From an uncultured Actinomycetota bacterium (GTDB lineage Bacteria > Actinomycetota > Actinomycetes > JACCUZ01), in the NCBI GenBank assembly GCA_963846525.1, contig CAWJWE010000008.1, forward strand, positions 2,319-66,318: a DNA stretch of 64,000 bases. Reading direction: 5' to 3'. The notes under the pieces are model-generated. The model saw only the letters and a list, made by a program, of their open reading frames with translations. It was not told the origin of the DNA and searched no databases. This document shows positions 53,676 through 63,034 of this stretch, piece by piece. Within the stretch, counting starts at the first letter, position 1; every line of letters starts with the position of its first letter. The position numbers and the translations under genes were made by a program.

Positions 53676-54521
53676 TTGCGACCGTCGCCACGGGGCACGG
53701 GTGCGGACATGCTCCTCCGGGTGGCCCAGCGGCTGCGTCTCAGCCGGTCCGCCCGGCTCCTGGCGCGGGCCGGGCTGCTCGCCCGCGGAGTGCTCTACCT
53801 GCTGCTGGCCTACCTCGCCGCCGCGGTCGCGGGTGGCTGGGGCAGTGACGGCAGCCAGGCCAATGCCAACGGCGCCCTCACGACGGTCGCATCCCAGCCG
53901 GCCGGCTGGTGGGCGCTCGCCGGAGCCGCGGCGGGGTTCGCCGGGTTCGGGGTGATGCGGCTGGCCGGTGCCTATGCCGACCGGACGGTGAGTCGCCGGC
54001 GCCGGCTGACGACTGCCGGGCAGGCGGTGTTCTACCTGGCGATGTCGGCAGCGACCGTGTCGTTCCTCCTCGGTGACCAGGCCACGGCGTCCACGCAGCA
54101 GCAGGACTCGACGGCCGTCCTGCTGGTCGGCTCGACCAGCGGTCGCCTGCTGATGGCCGCTGCCGGTGCCGTGGTGATCTCCGCGTGCCTGTGGCAGCTG
54201 CGGCTCGCCGTGCAGGGCGGGTTCACCGACAGCCTGAGCACGGCCGCGTTGGGGGATCGGATGCGGTCGGCGGCGCACACCGTCGGGCGGGTCGGCATCG
54301 TCGCCCGCGCATCCGCCGTGCTGCCGTTGGGTGCGCTGCTGGTGGCGGCGGCCGCGCAGGCCCGGCCGGGCACCTCGCGAGATCTCGACCAGCTGCTGGA
54401 CGACCTGGTCCGGCACCCCGCGGGTCATGCGCTGGTGTGGGCGGTGGCGGTGGGGTTCGTGGTCTTCGCGCTCTACAGCTTTCTCGAGGTGCGCTACCGC
54501 GAGGTGCAGGCCGGCGACTGA
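53676..54521 (+). CDS. DUF1206 domain-containing membrane protein
   Basis: Three repeated TM-pair units (ARGVLYLLLAYLA..., GQAVFYLAMSAA..., GRVGIVARASAVLPLG...), ending FVVFALYSFLEVRYR. Confidence 0.75.
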   Translation: MRPSPRGTGADMLLRVAQRLRLSRSARLLARAGLLARGVLYLLLAYLAAAVAGGWGSDGSQANANGALTTVASQPAGWWALAGAAAGFAGFGVMRLAGAYADRTVSRRRRLTTAGQAVFYLAMSAATVSFLLGDQATASTQQQDSTAVLLVGSTSGRLLMAAAGAVVISACLWQLRLAVQGGFTDSLSTAALGDRMRSAAHTVGRVGIVARASAVLPLGALLVAAAAQARPGTSRDLDQLLDDLVRHPAGHALVWAVAVGFVVFALYSFLEVRYREVQAGD

Positions 54522-54632
54522 GCGCACGTCGCGTGGTCGTCGCGGTCCCGGCCGGTCGTCCACAGGCCGGGTCTGTCCACGAGTCCGCTGCCGCGGCCCG
54601 GCGGCACCTTCCCGAGCACCAGGCTCGACGAC

Positions 54633-55751
54633 ATGGACGACGACCTGATTGCCCGCCCGGATGACCTGCTGTCCCCAGTGGTCCGGCTGCGCGGACCGGC
54701 CGACATCCTCGGCGTGATGCCCTACCGGCTCGGGTTCCACCCCACCGAGAGCCTGGTCGTCGTCTGCCTCGAGGGGCCGCGCCGACGGGACCGGCTGGTG
54801 ATGCGCCTCGACCTCCCGTCGGCCGTCGACGAGGTGGCGGTGGCGGCCGAGCTGGCCGAACGCGTCGCACACGTCGGCGCCTCGGCGGCGGTGGTCGTCG
54901 TCTACACCGGCGCCCGGTCCCGGCCGCGTCGGGGTCGGCTCGCGCGGTCGGGGCTGGTGCGGGCGGTGCGGCAGGCGCTGGACGCCCGAGACGTCGGGCT
55001 GCAGGAGGCGTTGCTGGTCGTCGACGGTCGGTGGTGGTCCTACCTGTGCCACGACCCGGCCTGCTGCCCCACGTCAGGCACGCCGCTGCCGGCCCGGCCG
55101 ACCGCGGCCACCGTGCGCTACGCGGCCGAGGCCGTCGCCCAGGGCGAGACGGTGCTGGCCGACCGGGACGCGCTGCGTCGCAGCCTCGAGCCCTCCGACC
55201 ACGCGGTGGCCCGGGCGGTGCGCGAGCAGGCGGCACAGGCAGCCGAGCAGCTGCTGATGGCGGCGGGGCAGGACGGTGCCGGACCGGAGGGCCCGCGCGC
55301 GGTGACGACGGCTCGGCTGCAGGCGCTCCGCGGCCGGTGGGAGCGCGGCGACCGGCGGCTGCTGCCCGACGACGCCGCGGTCGTCGTGCTCGGCCTGCAC
55401 GACAAAACCTGCCGGGACGCCGCGATGACCGCCGTGCTGGACGACGACGTGGAGTCGCTGCTCGACCTGCTGGGTGCCCTGGCCCGGCAGGCCGACGACC
55501 TGGACGCCGCACCCGTCTGCACGGTGCTGGGCTGGGTGGCCTACGCCCGCGGCAACGGCGCCCTGGCCGCGGTTGCCGCCGAGCGGGCGGCACGCTGCGA
55601 GCCCGGGTACGCGATGGCCGAGCTGCTGCTGGAGAGCATGGACCGGATGGTGCCGCCGGACCACCTGCGCCGGATCAGCGTCGCGGTCCGGCGCGACCTG
55701 GGCCTGGACCGCTCGGGTGAGGGAGAGGGGCAGGTCCGGGACGCCGGCTGA
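54633..55751 (+). CDS. DUF4192 domain-containing protein
   Basis: LRGPADILGVMPYRLGFHPTESLVVVCL and WWSYLCHDPACCP are characteristic of this actinobacterial family. Confidence 0.75.
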   Translation: MDDDLIARPDDLLSPVVRLRGPADILGVMPYRLGFHPTESLVVVCLEGPRRRDRLVMRLDLPSAVDEVAVAAELAERVAHVGASAAVVVVYTGARSRPRRGRLARSGLVRAVRQALDARDVGLQEALLVVDGRWWSYLCHDPACCPTSGTPLPARPTAATVRYAAEAVAQGETVLADRDALRRSLEPSDHAVARAVREQAAQAAEQLLMAAGQDGAGPEGPRAVTTARLQALRGRWERGDRRLLPDDAAVVVLGLHDKTCRDAAMTAVLDDDVESLLDLLGALARQADDLDAAPVCTVLGWVAYARGNGALAAVAAERAARCEPGYAMAELLLESMDRMVPPDHLRRISVAVRRDLGLDRSGEGEGQVRDAG

Positions 55752-55759
55752 AGGAGACG

Positions 55760-55779
55760 AATATTGAGGGAACAATATT
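55760..55779. promoter_or_regulatory. perfect inverted repeat AATATTG-N6-CAATATT (candidate operator)
   Basis: An AT-rich island in otherwise GC-rich DNA, 58 nt upstream of ATG 55837. Confidence 0.4.
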
Positions 55780-55836
55780 TGCTGAGGCAAGCTTCTATGG
55801 GGTGAACTGCTCGTCCCCACCCGCCAGGAGACCTCT

Positions 55837-56538
55837 ATGACCCGCTCGCCCCAGCTGTTCCGTCTCGACGCCAGCCTGGCCGGGGAGACCTCGGTCTCGC
55901 GGTCGGTTGCTGACACCTTCGAGCGGGTCTGGTCGCTCGAGCACCCGGATGGCACCGTGCTGCGCCGCGACCTCGGCGCCGAGCCGGTCCCGTTCATCGA
56001 CATGACAGCCGTGGGCGCGCGCTTCGTGCCCGCCGAGGACCGCAGCCCCGAGCAGCAGGCAGCCGTCGAGCTGGCCGGCACGTTGACCGAGGAGCTGCTC
56101 TCCTCGGACGCGTACCTGTTCGCCGTACCGCTGTACAACTGGTCGAACCCGGCCAGCGTGCAGGCCTGGGTCGACCGCATCCTCACCGCGTCGCCGCTGC
56201 GCGCCGGCGAGGGCGAGCCGCTCGCGGGCCGGCCGGCGGTCGTCGTCCACAGCAGGGGCGGCGGCTACGGCCCCGGCACCCCGCGCGAGGGCTGGGACCA
56301 CGCCGAGCCGTACCTGCGCCGCATCCTCTCCGACGTCTGGAAGCTGGACGTCACCATGGTCACCGCCGAGCTGACGCTGGCCGCGACAGTCCCCGCGATG
56401 GCCGACCTCAAGCACCTCGGCGCCGCCTCGCTGCAGGCCGCGCACACCGCCGCCGAGGACCACGCCCGCCGGATCGCCGAGCTGGTCGCGGCGGACGAGC
56501 CTGCGGTCGACCTCTCCCGCCTCCGCACCGCCGTCTGA
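55837..56538 (+). CDS. FMN-dependent NADH-azoreductase-like flavodoxin-fold oxidoreductase
   Basis: LFRLDASLAGETSVSR, AYLFAVPLYNWSNPASVQAWVDRI, AVVVHSRGGGYG. Confidence 0.8.
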   Translation: MTRSPQLFRLDASLAGETSVSRSVADTFERVWSLEHPDGTVLRRDLGAEPVPFIDMTAVGARFVPAEDRSPEQQAAVELAGTLTEELLSSDAYLFAVPLYNWSNPASVQAWVDRILTASPLRAGEGEPLAGRPAVVVHSRGGGYGPGTPREGWDHAEPYLRRILSDVWKLDVTMVTAELTLAATVPAMADLKHLGAASLQAAHTAAEDHARRIAELVAADEPAVDLSRLRTAV

Positions 56539-56570
56539 CCGACCGCGCCGGAGTCGACCACGTAACGCAC

Positions 56571-56620
56571 GCCGGCGGACACGTCAGCATGCGTGCACCC
56601 GTACTGAGGTGTCCGCCGGC
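56571..56620 (+). terminator. 12-bp perfect GC-rich stem-loop downstream of the azoreductase-like gene (no U tract)
   Basis: GCCGGCGGACAC (56571-56582) pairs with GTGTCCGCCGGC (56609-56620) around a 26-nt loop. It starts 33 nt after the stop at 56538. Confidence 0.35.
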
Positions 56621-56784
56621 GTGATGCGGTCCGGAGCAAGGACGGTTGGGCGGCCGTTCGTCCGGCATCGCACACCTCGTCCTGCCGCCGTCGTCCGCGG
56701 CTTACCGCTTTCCCTTGTGGATAAAGGATTTCTCCCAGGTACGCCGGGAGGGGTTCTGTCCGGGGTGGCCTCTAGGTTGGGGCC

Positions 56785-58195
56785 ATGTCAGAGGCACCCG
56801 AGCCGCCGGTCACCCACTCGGTGACGGCTGCGATGCAGGGCCTGCGCGACGCGGTCGAGCGGCTCGGCGTCGTGTCGGCAGCGGGTGCCGACGGTGAGCT
56901 GTGGACGATGCCGGGGCCGGACCTGCTCGAGGAGACCACCGAGCTGCACCGGCTGCTCTGCGCAGCTGATGCGGTGCTGCACGGCATGGTCCGCGAGATC
57001 GACACCCGGGGTGCGGCGACCGCGAAGGGTGCGCCGACGACTCAGGCGTGGCTGCGGGAGCGGCTGCACCTGCACCCCGGCGCGGCCAAGCGGCTGGTGG
57101 CCACTGCCCGGGCACTGCACGACGACCCGTCCGGTGCGCTGGTGCACCACGCTGAGCCCGATGAGGTGCCCGCACCGGGCGGCCGCGCGGTGCTGGCAGC
57201 CGCGTTCGCGGCCGGGGCGATCTCCGGCGAGCACGCTGCGGTGGCCTGCCAGACCCTGGCCGAGCTGCCCGCCGAGGTCGCGTCAGGCATGGTGGCCGAG
57301 GCCGAGACCTACCTGTGCGCGGAGGCCGCCCGTCGTGACCCCAAGGTGCTGGCCAAGTTGGCCCGGCACCTGTCCCACGTCCTGGACCCCGAGGCCGGGG
57401 ACACCCTGGCCGAGAACGAAGACCATGACCGGGCCACCCAGGAGCTGCACGTCCGGCAACGTGCAGACGGCGGCTCCGACGTCCGCGCTCGCTTCGGTGC
57501 CGAGCTGACGGCCGAGTTTCTCTCCCAACTCCAGCCGCTGGCCGGTCCCCGACCCACCTGCGACGACCGGCCTGACATGCGCACGGTCGCCCAGCGCAAC
57601 GCCGACGCCCTCGCCGAGCTGCTGCGCCGGTCCGCGATCGCGGGGACCACCCCGGCCCGGCACGGGTCCCGGGCCACGATCACCGTCTCGATGGCACTGG
57701 AGACCTTGGAGCGCCGCCTCGGCGCCCCCGGCGCCACTCTGGACTGGTCCGGCCCGATCTCGGCCGAGACCGCGCGCCGGCTCGCCTGCGACGCCCAGGT
57801 CATCCCTGTCGCTACTCGGCAGCTGTGGCGAGCCCCTCGACGTCGGGCGTGCCTCTTACCCGGTCACCCAGGCCATCTGGCGGGCCTTGGTAGCCCGCGA
57901 CGGCGGCTGCTCCTTCGACACCTGCGGTCGGCCGCCGGAGTGGACCGAAGCCCATCACCGGATCCACTGGGAGGACGGCGGCGAGACCTCGGTTGCGAAC
58001 TGTTGCCTGTTCTGCGACTTCCACCACCGCCGGGTCCATCATGGCGGCTGGGACGTCGAGCTGATCGACGGCGTCATCCACGTCATCCCGCCGCCCTGGG
58101 TCGATCCCGAGCGCGTCCCACGACCCAACCAGCACCCCGACCGGCTCATTGACCTCCGCCGCATCCCTCGACCACCCGGCAACGCCAGGGAATGA
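56785..58195 (+). pseudogene. DUF222 + HNH endonuclease ('13E12 repeat' type); 1 frameshift near ~57812
   Basis: DUF222-like N-terminus (ELHRLLCAADAVLHGMVREID...TQAWL). HNH in ORF 57887..58195: ALVARDGGCSF..C..PPEWTEAHHRIHWEDGGETSVANCCLFCDFHHRRVH. Confidence 0.85.
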
Positions 58196-58306
58196 GCGAC
58201 GTCTTGCCCGGTCGCCGGCTACCTCCTGGACGGTGTGGCCGGCGGTGGCGATCCCGAACTGACCGGTGAGTCAGCACCGGATACGTCGGGGTTCTAGGCT
58301 CCGGCC

Positions 58307-60755
58307 ATGGCCGAGACCGTCCTCCCGCAGCGCGCCCGAGTCGTCGTGATCGGCGGCGGTGTCATCGGGACGTCGGTCGCCTACCACCTGGCCCACCTGG
58401 GCGAGGACGTCCTGCTGCTCGAGCGCGACCGGCTCACCAGCGGCACCACCTGGCACGCGGCCGGCCTGATGGTGACCTTCGGCTCGACGTCCGAGACGTC
58501 GACCGAGATGCGCACCTACACCCGCGACCTGTACTCCCGGCTGGAGGCCGAGACCGGCCTGGCCACCGGGTTCAAGCCGGTCGGGTTCATCGAGGTGGCC
58601 AGCGACGCGGACCGGCTGGAGGAGTACCGCCGGGTGTCGGCGTTCAACCGGTTGTGCGGTGTCGACGTGCACGAGATCTCGGCGCGCGAGGTCGGCGAGC
58701 TCTTCCCGCTCGCGCGTACCGACGACGTCCTGGCCGGCTTCTACGTCGCGGAGGACGGCCGGGCGAACCCGGTCGACGTCACCATGTCGCTGGCCCGCGG
58801 CGCCCGGCAGGCCGGTGCCCGGATCGCCGAGGGCGTGCCGGTGCTCGACGTCCTGACCGACCGCGGCGCCGTGACCGGCGTACGGACCGCGCCATGGCGA
58901 CGTCGAGTGCGAGGTCGTCGTGAACTGCGCGGGCATGTGGGCCCGGCAGCTCGCCGCGCGCACCGGCGTGAGCGTCCCGCTGCAGGCCGCCGAGCACTAC
59001 TACCTGCTCACCGAGGAGATCCCCGGCATCTCCGGCGACTGGCCGGTGCTGGAGGACCCGGCGCGCTACGGCTACTTCCGCGAGGAGGGCGGCGGCCTGA
59101 TGCTCGGGCTGTTCGAGGCGGTCTGCGCGCCGTGGCAGGTCGGCGGGGTGCCCGATGACTTCTCCTTCGGCGAGCTGCCGCCGGACTGGGACCGGATGGG
59201 CCCCTACCTCGAGACGGCGATGACCCGGGTCCCGGTGTCGTCCGAGGTCGGCATCAAGAAGTTCTTCTGCGGGCCGGAGAGCTTCACCCCGGACCTCCAG
59301 CCGGTGGTGGGGGAGGCGCCGGAGGTGCGCAACTACTTCGTCGCGGCCGGGCTGAACTCGATCGGCATCCTCACCGGTGGCGGGCTCGGCCGGGTGCTGG
59401 CGCACTGGATCGTCGACGGCCGCCCGGGGGTGGACATCACCGGGATGAACATCGACCGGCTGCACAGCTACCAGGCCAACCCGGAGTACCGCGCGACGCG
59501 CACCGTCGAGTCGCTCGGCATGGTCTACCAGTGCCACTACCCGAACCGCTCGATGCAGACGGCGCGCGACGCCAAGCGGTCCGCGTTCCATGACCGGCTC
59601 GCGGCCCGCGGCGCGTACTTCCGGGACGTCAGCGGCTGGGAGGGTGCCGACTGGTACGCGCCGGAGGGTCAGACGCCGGACCCCGGTCCGCTGACCTGGG
59701 GCCGGCCGCAGTGGTTCGACCTGTGGGCGGCGGAGCACCGTGCGGCCCGCGAGGACGTCATCGCGATGGACATGTCGTTCATGTCGAAGTTCCTCGTGCA
59801 GGGCCGCGACGCCGGCGCCCTGCTGCAGCAGCTGTCCGCCAACCACGTCGACGGGGAGCCCGGTGTCATCACCTACACCCAGTGGCTCAACGAGGGCGGC
59901 ACCCTGGAGGCCGACCTCACGGTCACCAAGCTCGACGACGAGCGGTTCTGGGTGGTCGCGTCGGACACGGCGCACCGGCACGCCGAGACCTGGATGCGCC
60001 GGCATGCCGGCGACCGGCACGTCACGGTCACCGACATGACCTCGGGGTTCGCCCAGCTCAACGTGCAAGGGCCACGGTCCCGCGAGCTCCTCCAGTCACT
60101 GACCTCGGTCGACCTGTCGAACGACGCGTTCCCGTTCCGCACCGCGCGCTCGATCGACATCGGGTTCGCCCGCGCCCTGTGCATCCGGATCACCTACCTG
60201 GGGGAGCTCGGCTACGAGCTGTACATCCCGGTGGAGCAGGCGACGCACGTGTACGACCGGGTGGTGGCCGCCGGCCCGGCGTACGCCCTGCGGCACGCGG
60301 GGCTCAAGTCCCTCGCCAGCCTGCGAATGGAGAAGGGCTATCGCGACTACGGCCACGACATCGACAACACCGACTCGGTCCTCGAGGCGGGCCTCGGGTT
60401 CGCGGTGTCCTTCGACCACGACTTCATCGGTCGGGCCGCCGTCGAGGCGAAGAAGGCGGAGGGCGCGCTGACCCGCCGGCTCGTCCAGGTGCTGCTCGAG
60501 GACCCGGAGCCAATGCTGCACCACGCCGAGCCGGTGCTGCGCGACGGCAAGCCGGTGGGCTACGTGCGGGCCGCGTCGTACGGGCACACCCTCGGCGGTG
60601 CGGTCGGACTGGCGATGGTCCAGGGCTCCGAGGCCGTCGACAAGGCATGGATGGAGGGCGCCGACTGGCAGGTCGAGGTGGCCGGCCGGCTGCACTCGGC
60701 CCGGGCGTCGCTGCGCCCGCTCTACGACCCGACGAACGCGAAGATCAAGGCCTGA
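58307..60755 (+). pseudogene. FAD-dependent oxidoreductase fused to an aminomethyltransferase (GcvT) domain, dimethylglycine/sarcosine dehydrogenase family; 1 frameshift near ~58893
   Basis: VVVIGGGVIGTSVAYHLA, TSGTTWHAAGL, NCAGMWA; the GcvT part has ITYLGELGYELY and LRMEKGY. Confidence 0.88.
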
Positions 60756-60768
60756 CCACCTGGAAGTG

Positions 60769-61143
60769 TCAGGGTTCCTCGAAGCCGGAGCTCGGGGCCT
60801 GCGCGGAGTTGCCGGACTTGTCGTCGCGGTAGACGACCCAGAGGATGAGCTCACCCGGCAGCGAGTGTCGATGGCCGCGAGGCCACCTCGACTCGAAGTG
60901 GCGGCGCAGCTCGTCGGGCTCGGAGAACGTGTAGGCCATGGGTGCGTCCACGACCTTGGCCACCGGGTCGTCGAGCAGGTCCACCGCCGTCTCGAGGACG
61001 AGCTCGCGAACCATCGCGTGGTTCTCCGCGCCGACGAGCTCGTCGGCGAAGGCGCACATCCTCATGAGGCTGACGTAGTCGTCTTCGAGGTCGTACAGCA
61101 CCTCCCCGCGCAGCCTCGGGATCAGGGCGGCGTCGACCGGCAT
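60769..61143 (-). CDS. small acidic protein, candidate immunity protein for the upstream toxin
   Basis: 124 aa. ATG 61143 is preceded by a GAGAGGA RBS that contains the upstream gene's stop codon. No motif recognised. Confidence 0.5.
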   Translation of the reverse strand: MPVDAALIPRLRGEVLYDLEDDYVSLMRMCAFADELVGAENHAMVRELVLETAVDLLDDPVAKVVDAPMAYTFSEPDELRRHFESRWPRGHRHSLPGELILWVVYRDDKSGNSAQAPSSGFEEP

Positions 61144-61155
61144 GGCGACATCCTC

Positions 61156-62235
61156 TCAATCTCGCGGGCGGTGCACCCGTTCGTAGCCCAGCTGAGGGAG
61201 GTCGCGAACCTCGATCGCGTAGCCCTCGCTGTTGCTGAACCGGCGGAAGGCGATCTTCGCTCCTGAGGGCAGGGTGGTGACAGAGATGGTCTCGTGGCCC
61301 GCCTGGACGATCCTGGTGGGCCCCAGCCACTCGAGGTGGTCGCGGTAGAGCCGTTCGATCGACTCGTCGTCGGGCAGCAGCCGGGTGTGCCGTCGGTCGC
61401 CCCGGACGGTGAGCTGGGACAGCACCTCGATCGCGCGTGTCTCGGCCGGTACGTCGTCGACGACCTTGGCGACGTCACCGGCGTGGTCCAGCGCCTTGCC
61501 GACCTTGGCGCCGCCGGCCACCCAGCCCCCTGGACCAGGCACGGCCGCGGCGGCTGTGAGCAGCCCGTCGGCCCAGCGGCCCTGTGCGAAGTAGACGGCG
61601 GCGTTGACCGCGTCGACGGCGTCGCCGACCACCGGGGCGAACCCGGCCAGGTCGAGCCAGGTCCGGGCCGACAGGCCGGCCCGGACCACCCGCCGACCGG
61701 ACAGCTCGGTCAGCTCAGCAGTGAGCTGACGGGCTGCCCGGTCGTAGCGGGTGCGGGCGTCATACGCACGCTCGCGGGCCCGGTCGAGCAGCGCCACGGC
61801 CCGCGGGTCGTAGAGGTTGCCGTCGGTCCGATGGCCGCCCCACCCGCCCGACGTCCCGGCGCTGGTCAGGGCCCCGTCAACGTGGTCGGCCGCCTGCTGG
61901 GCGGCCCGCGCGGCGATGAGCAGCCGGCTCGCCTCGTCGGCCAGCGACCGGGCCGCATCGACCTGGTGGCCGAACCGGGACAGGGCGTCGGCCGCGCGCA
62001 GCATCCGGCGGCGCTCCTGCCCCAGCGCGACGGCGGTGACGGCCAGCCGTTGGTCGGCTGCGGCGGACGCGACGCCGGACCATCGCTGCACCGGCAGCAT
62101 CGCGGCCAACCGGCGCCCGAGGGCACTGAGCCGGTCGGCGGCCGCGACCAGGCCGTCAGCGGTCCGGGCGGCGTCGGCCGGGTCGTCGACCGGGAGCGGC
62201 CAACCCAGCAGCGGGTCGTCGATCGTGGCCGTCAC
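61156..62235 (-). CDS. WXG-type helical N-terminus + pre-toxin TG domain protein with an unassigned ~115-aa C-terminal module (candidate T7SS polymorphic toxin)
   Basis: GTG 62235 in a GTGA overlap with the upstream gene. QRWSGVAS (W-x-G), an Ala/Arg-rich helical region, then GFAPVVGDAVDAVNAAVYFAQGRWADGLLTAAAAVPGPGG, then an unrecognised C-terminus. Confidence 0.65.
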   Translation of the reverse strand: MTATIDDPLLGWPLPVDDPADAARTADGLVAAADRLSALGRRLAAMLPVQRWSGVASAAADQRLAVTAVALGQERRRMLRAADALSRFGHQVDAARSLADEASRLLIAARAAQQAADHVDGALTSAGTSGGWGGHRTDGNLYDPRAVALLDRARERAYDARTRYDRAARQLTAELTELSGRRVVRAGLSARTWLDLAGFAPVVGDAVDAVNAAVYFAQGRWADGLLTAAAAVPGPGGWVAGGAKVGKALDHAGDVAKVVDDVPAETRAIEVLSQLTVRGDRRHTRLLPDDESIERLYRDHLEWLGPTRIVQAGHETISVTTLPSGAKIAFRRFSNSEGYAIEVRDLPQLGYERVHRPRD

Positions 62236-62495
62236 TGCAGCGGCACCGCCCGGGACTCCACCCGGGCGTAGTCGACCCGAGCCGTGTCGACCAGGACGGC
62301 GACGCTCGTCAACGCCGAGGACAGCGCCTGGAGCTGCTCGGCGCACACGGAGAGCAGGGCCCCGACCGCGTCGGCGGCGCCGATGTCCTCGCACGTCGGG
62401 GGAGCCGGCAGCTCGACCGCCCGGGTGGCACCGGCCGCGTCCCGCACCCCCGCCGACAGGCCGACGAGCGCCTCGGTCTCCACTGTCACGCGCAT
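62232..62495 (-). CDS. small helical protein (87 aa), EspC/WXG100-partner-like
   Basis: ATG 62495 within ORF 62232..62972. MRVTVETEALVGLSAGVRDAAG...LSSALTSVAVLVDTARVDYARVESRA. Coupled to the toxin gene. Confidence 0.5.
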   Translation of the reverse strand: MRVTVETEALVGLSAGVRDAAGATRAVELPAPPTCEDIGAADAVGALLSVCAEQLQALSSALTSVAVLVDTARVDYARVESRAVPLQ

Positions 62496-62534
62496 CCCCC
62501 CACGCTGCCGGTCCTGGCCGGCGAGGGAGGAACG

Positions 62535-62807
62535 ATGTCCACAGCTCCCACGCATGCGGCCGCCGACCGGCTGTTGTCCACAGGGCCGTCGTACGGTGAG
62601 CGGGTGGACGTCGCGATCGGGGAGCAGGGCATCCGGCTCGGTCAGCTGCTCAAGCTGGTCAACCTGGTCGACTCCGGTGGCGCCGCGCGCGGTCTGCTCG
62701 GTTCCGGCGAGGTGCGGGTCAACGGCGAGGTCGAGACCCGCCGCGGCCGCCAGCTGGCTCCGGGTGACGTGGTCGACTGCGCGGGTGAGCACGTCGTCCT
62801 GCGCTGA
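62535..62807 (+). CDS. S4 domain RNA-binding protein (YbcJ-like)
   Basis: GGGAGG RBS 6 nt before ATG 62535. IRLGQLLKLVNLVDSGGAARGLLGSGEVRVNGEVETRRGRQLAPGDVV. Confidence 0.8.
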   Translation: MSTAPTHAAADRLLSTGPSYGERVDVAIGEQGIRLGQLLKLVNLVDSGGAARGLLGSGEVRVNGEVETRRGRQLAPGDVVDCAGEHVVLR

Positions 62808-63034
62808 GTGGATTCGTTCCATTCCGCGCAGGATGCGTGCACCCGGCCGCGCACCTGCTAGCCTGGTCGGCGGTTGCAGTGAGCATTTCCCCGTACGTTT
62901 CTGACGCCCGCGGATTTCTGACACCGCGGGCCTTCCTGTCTCCCGAGATCTCTCGGTCGTAGGACGGTCCACGAGCAGCCCGGGGCGCGCACAGTGCGCG
63001 GCCCCGATCGTTCACCCAGAAGGAAGACAGATAC

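Noticed and set aside
58196-58306. Glycine or THF-type riboswitch upstream of the dimethylglycine-dehydrogenase-like gene
   Set aside because: I could not find the conserved glycine-riboswitch core or a convincing multi-stem fold by eye. It would need a covariance-model scan to revisit.
61156-61500. Possible ADP-ribosyltransferase R-S-E signature in the toxin C-terminus (AFRRFSNSEGYAIEV)
   Set aside because: The R, S-x-S and E residues lie within about 12 aa. In ARTs they are on separate strands tens of residues apart, so this is probably coincidental.
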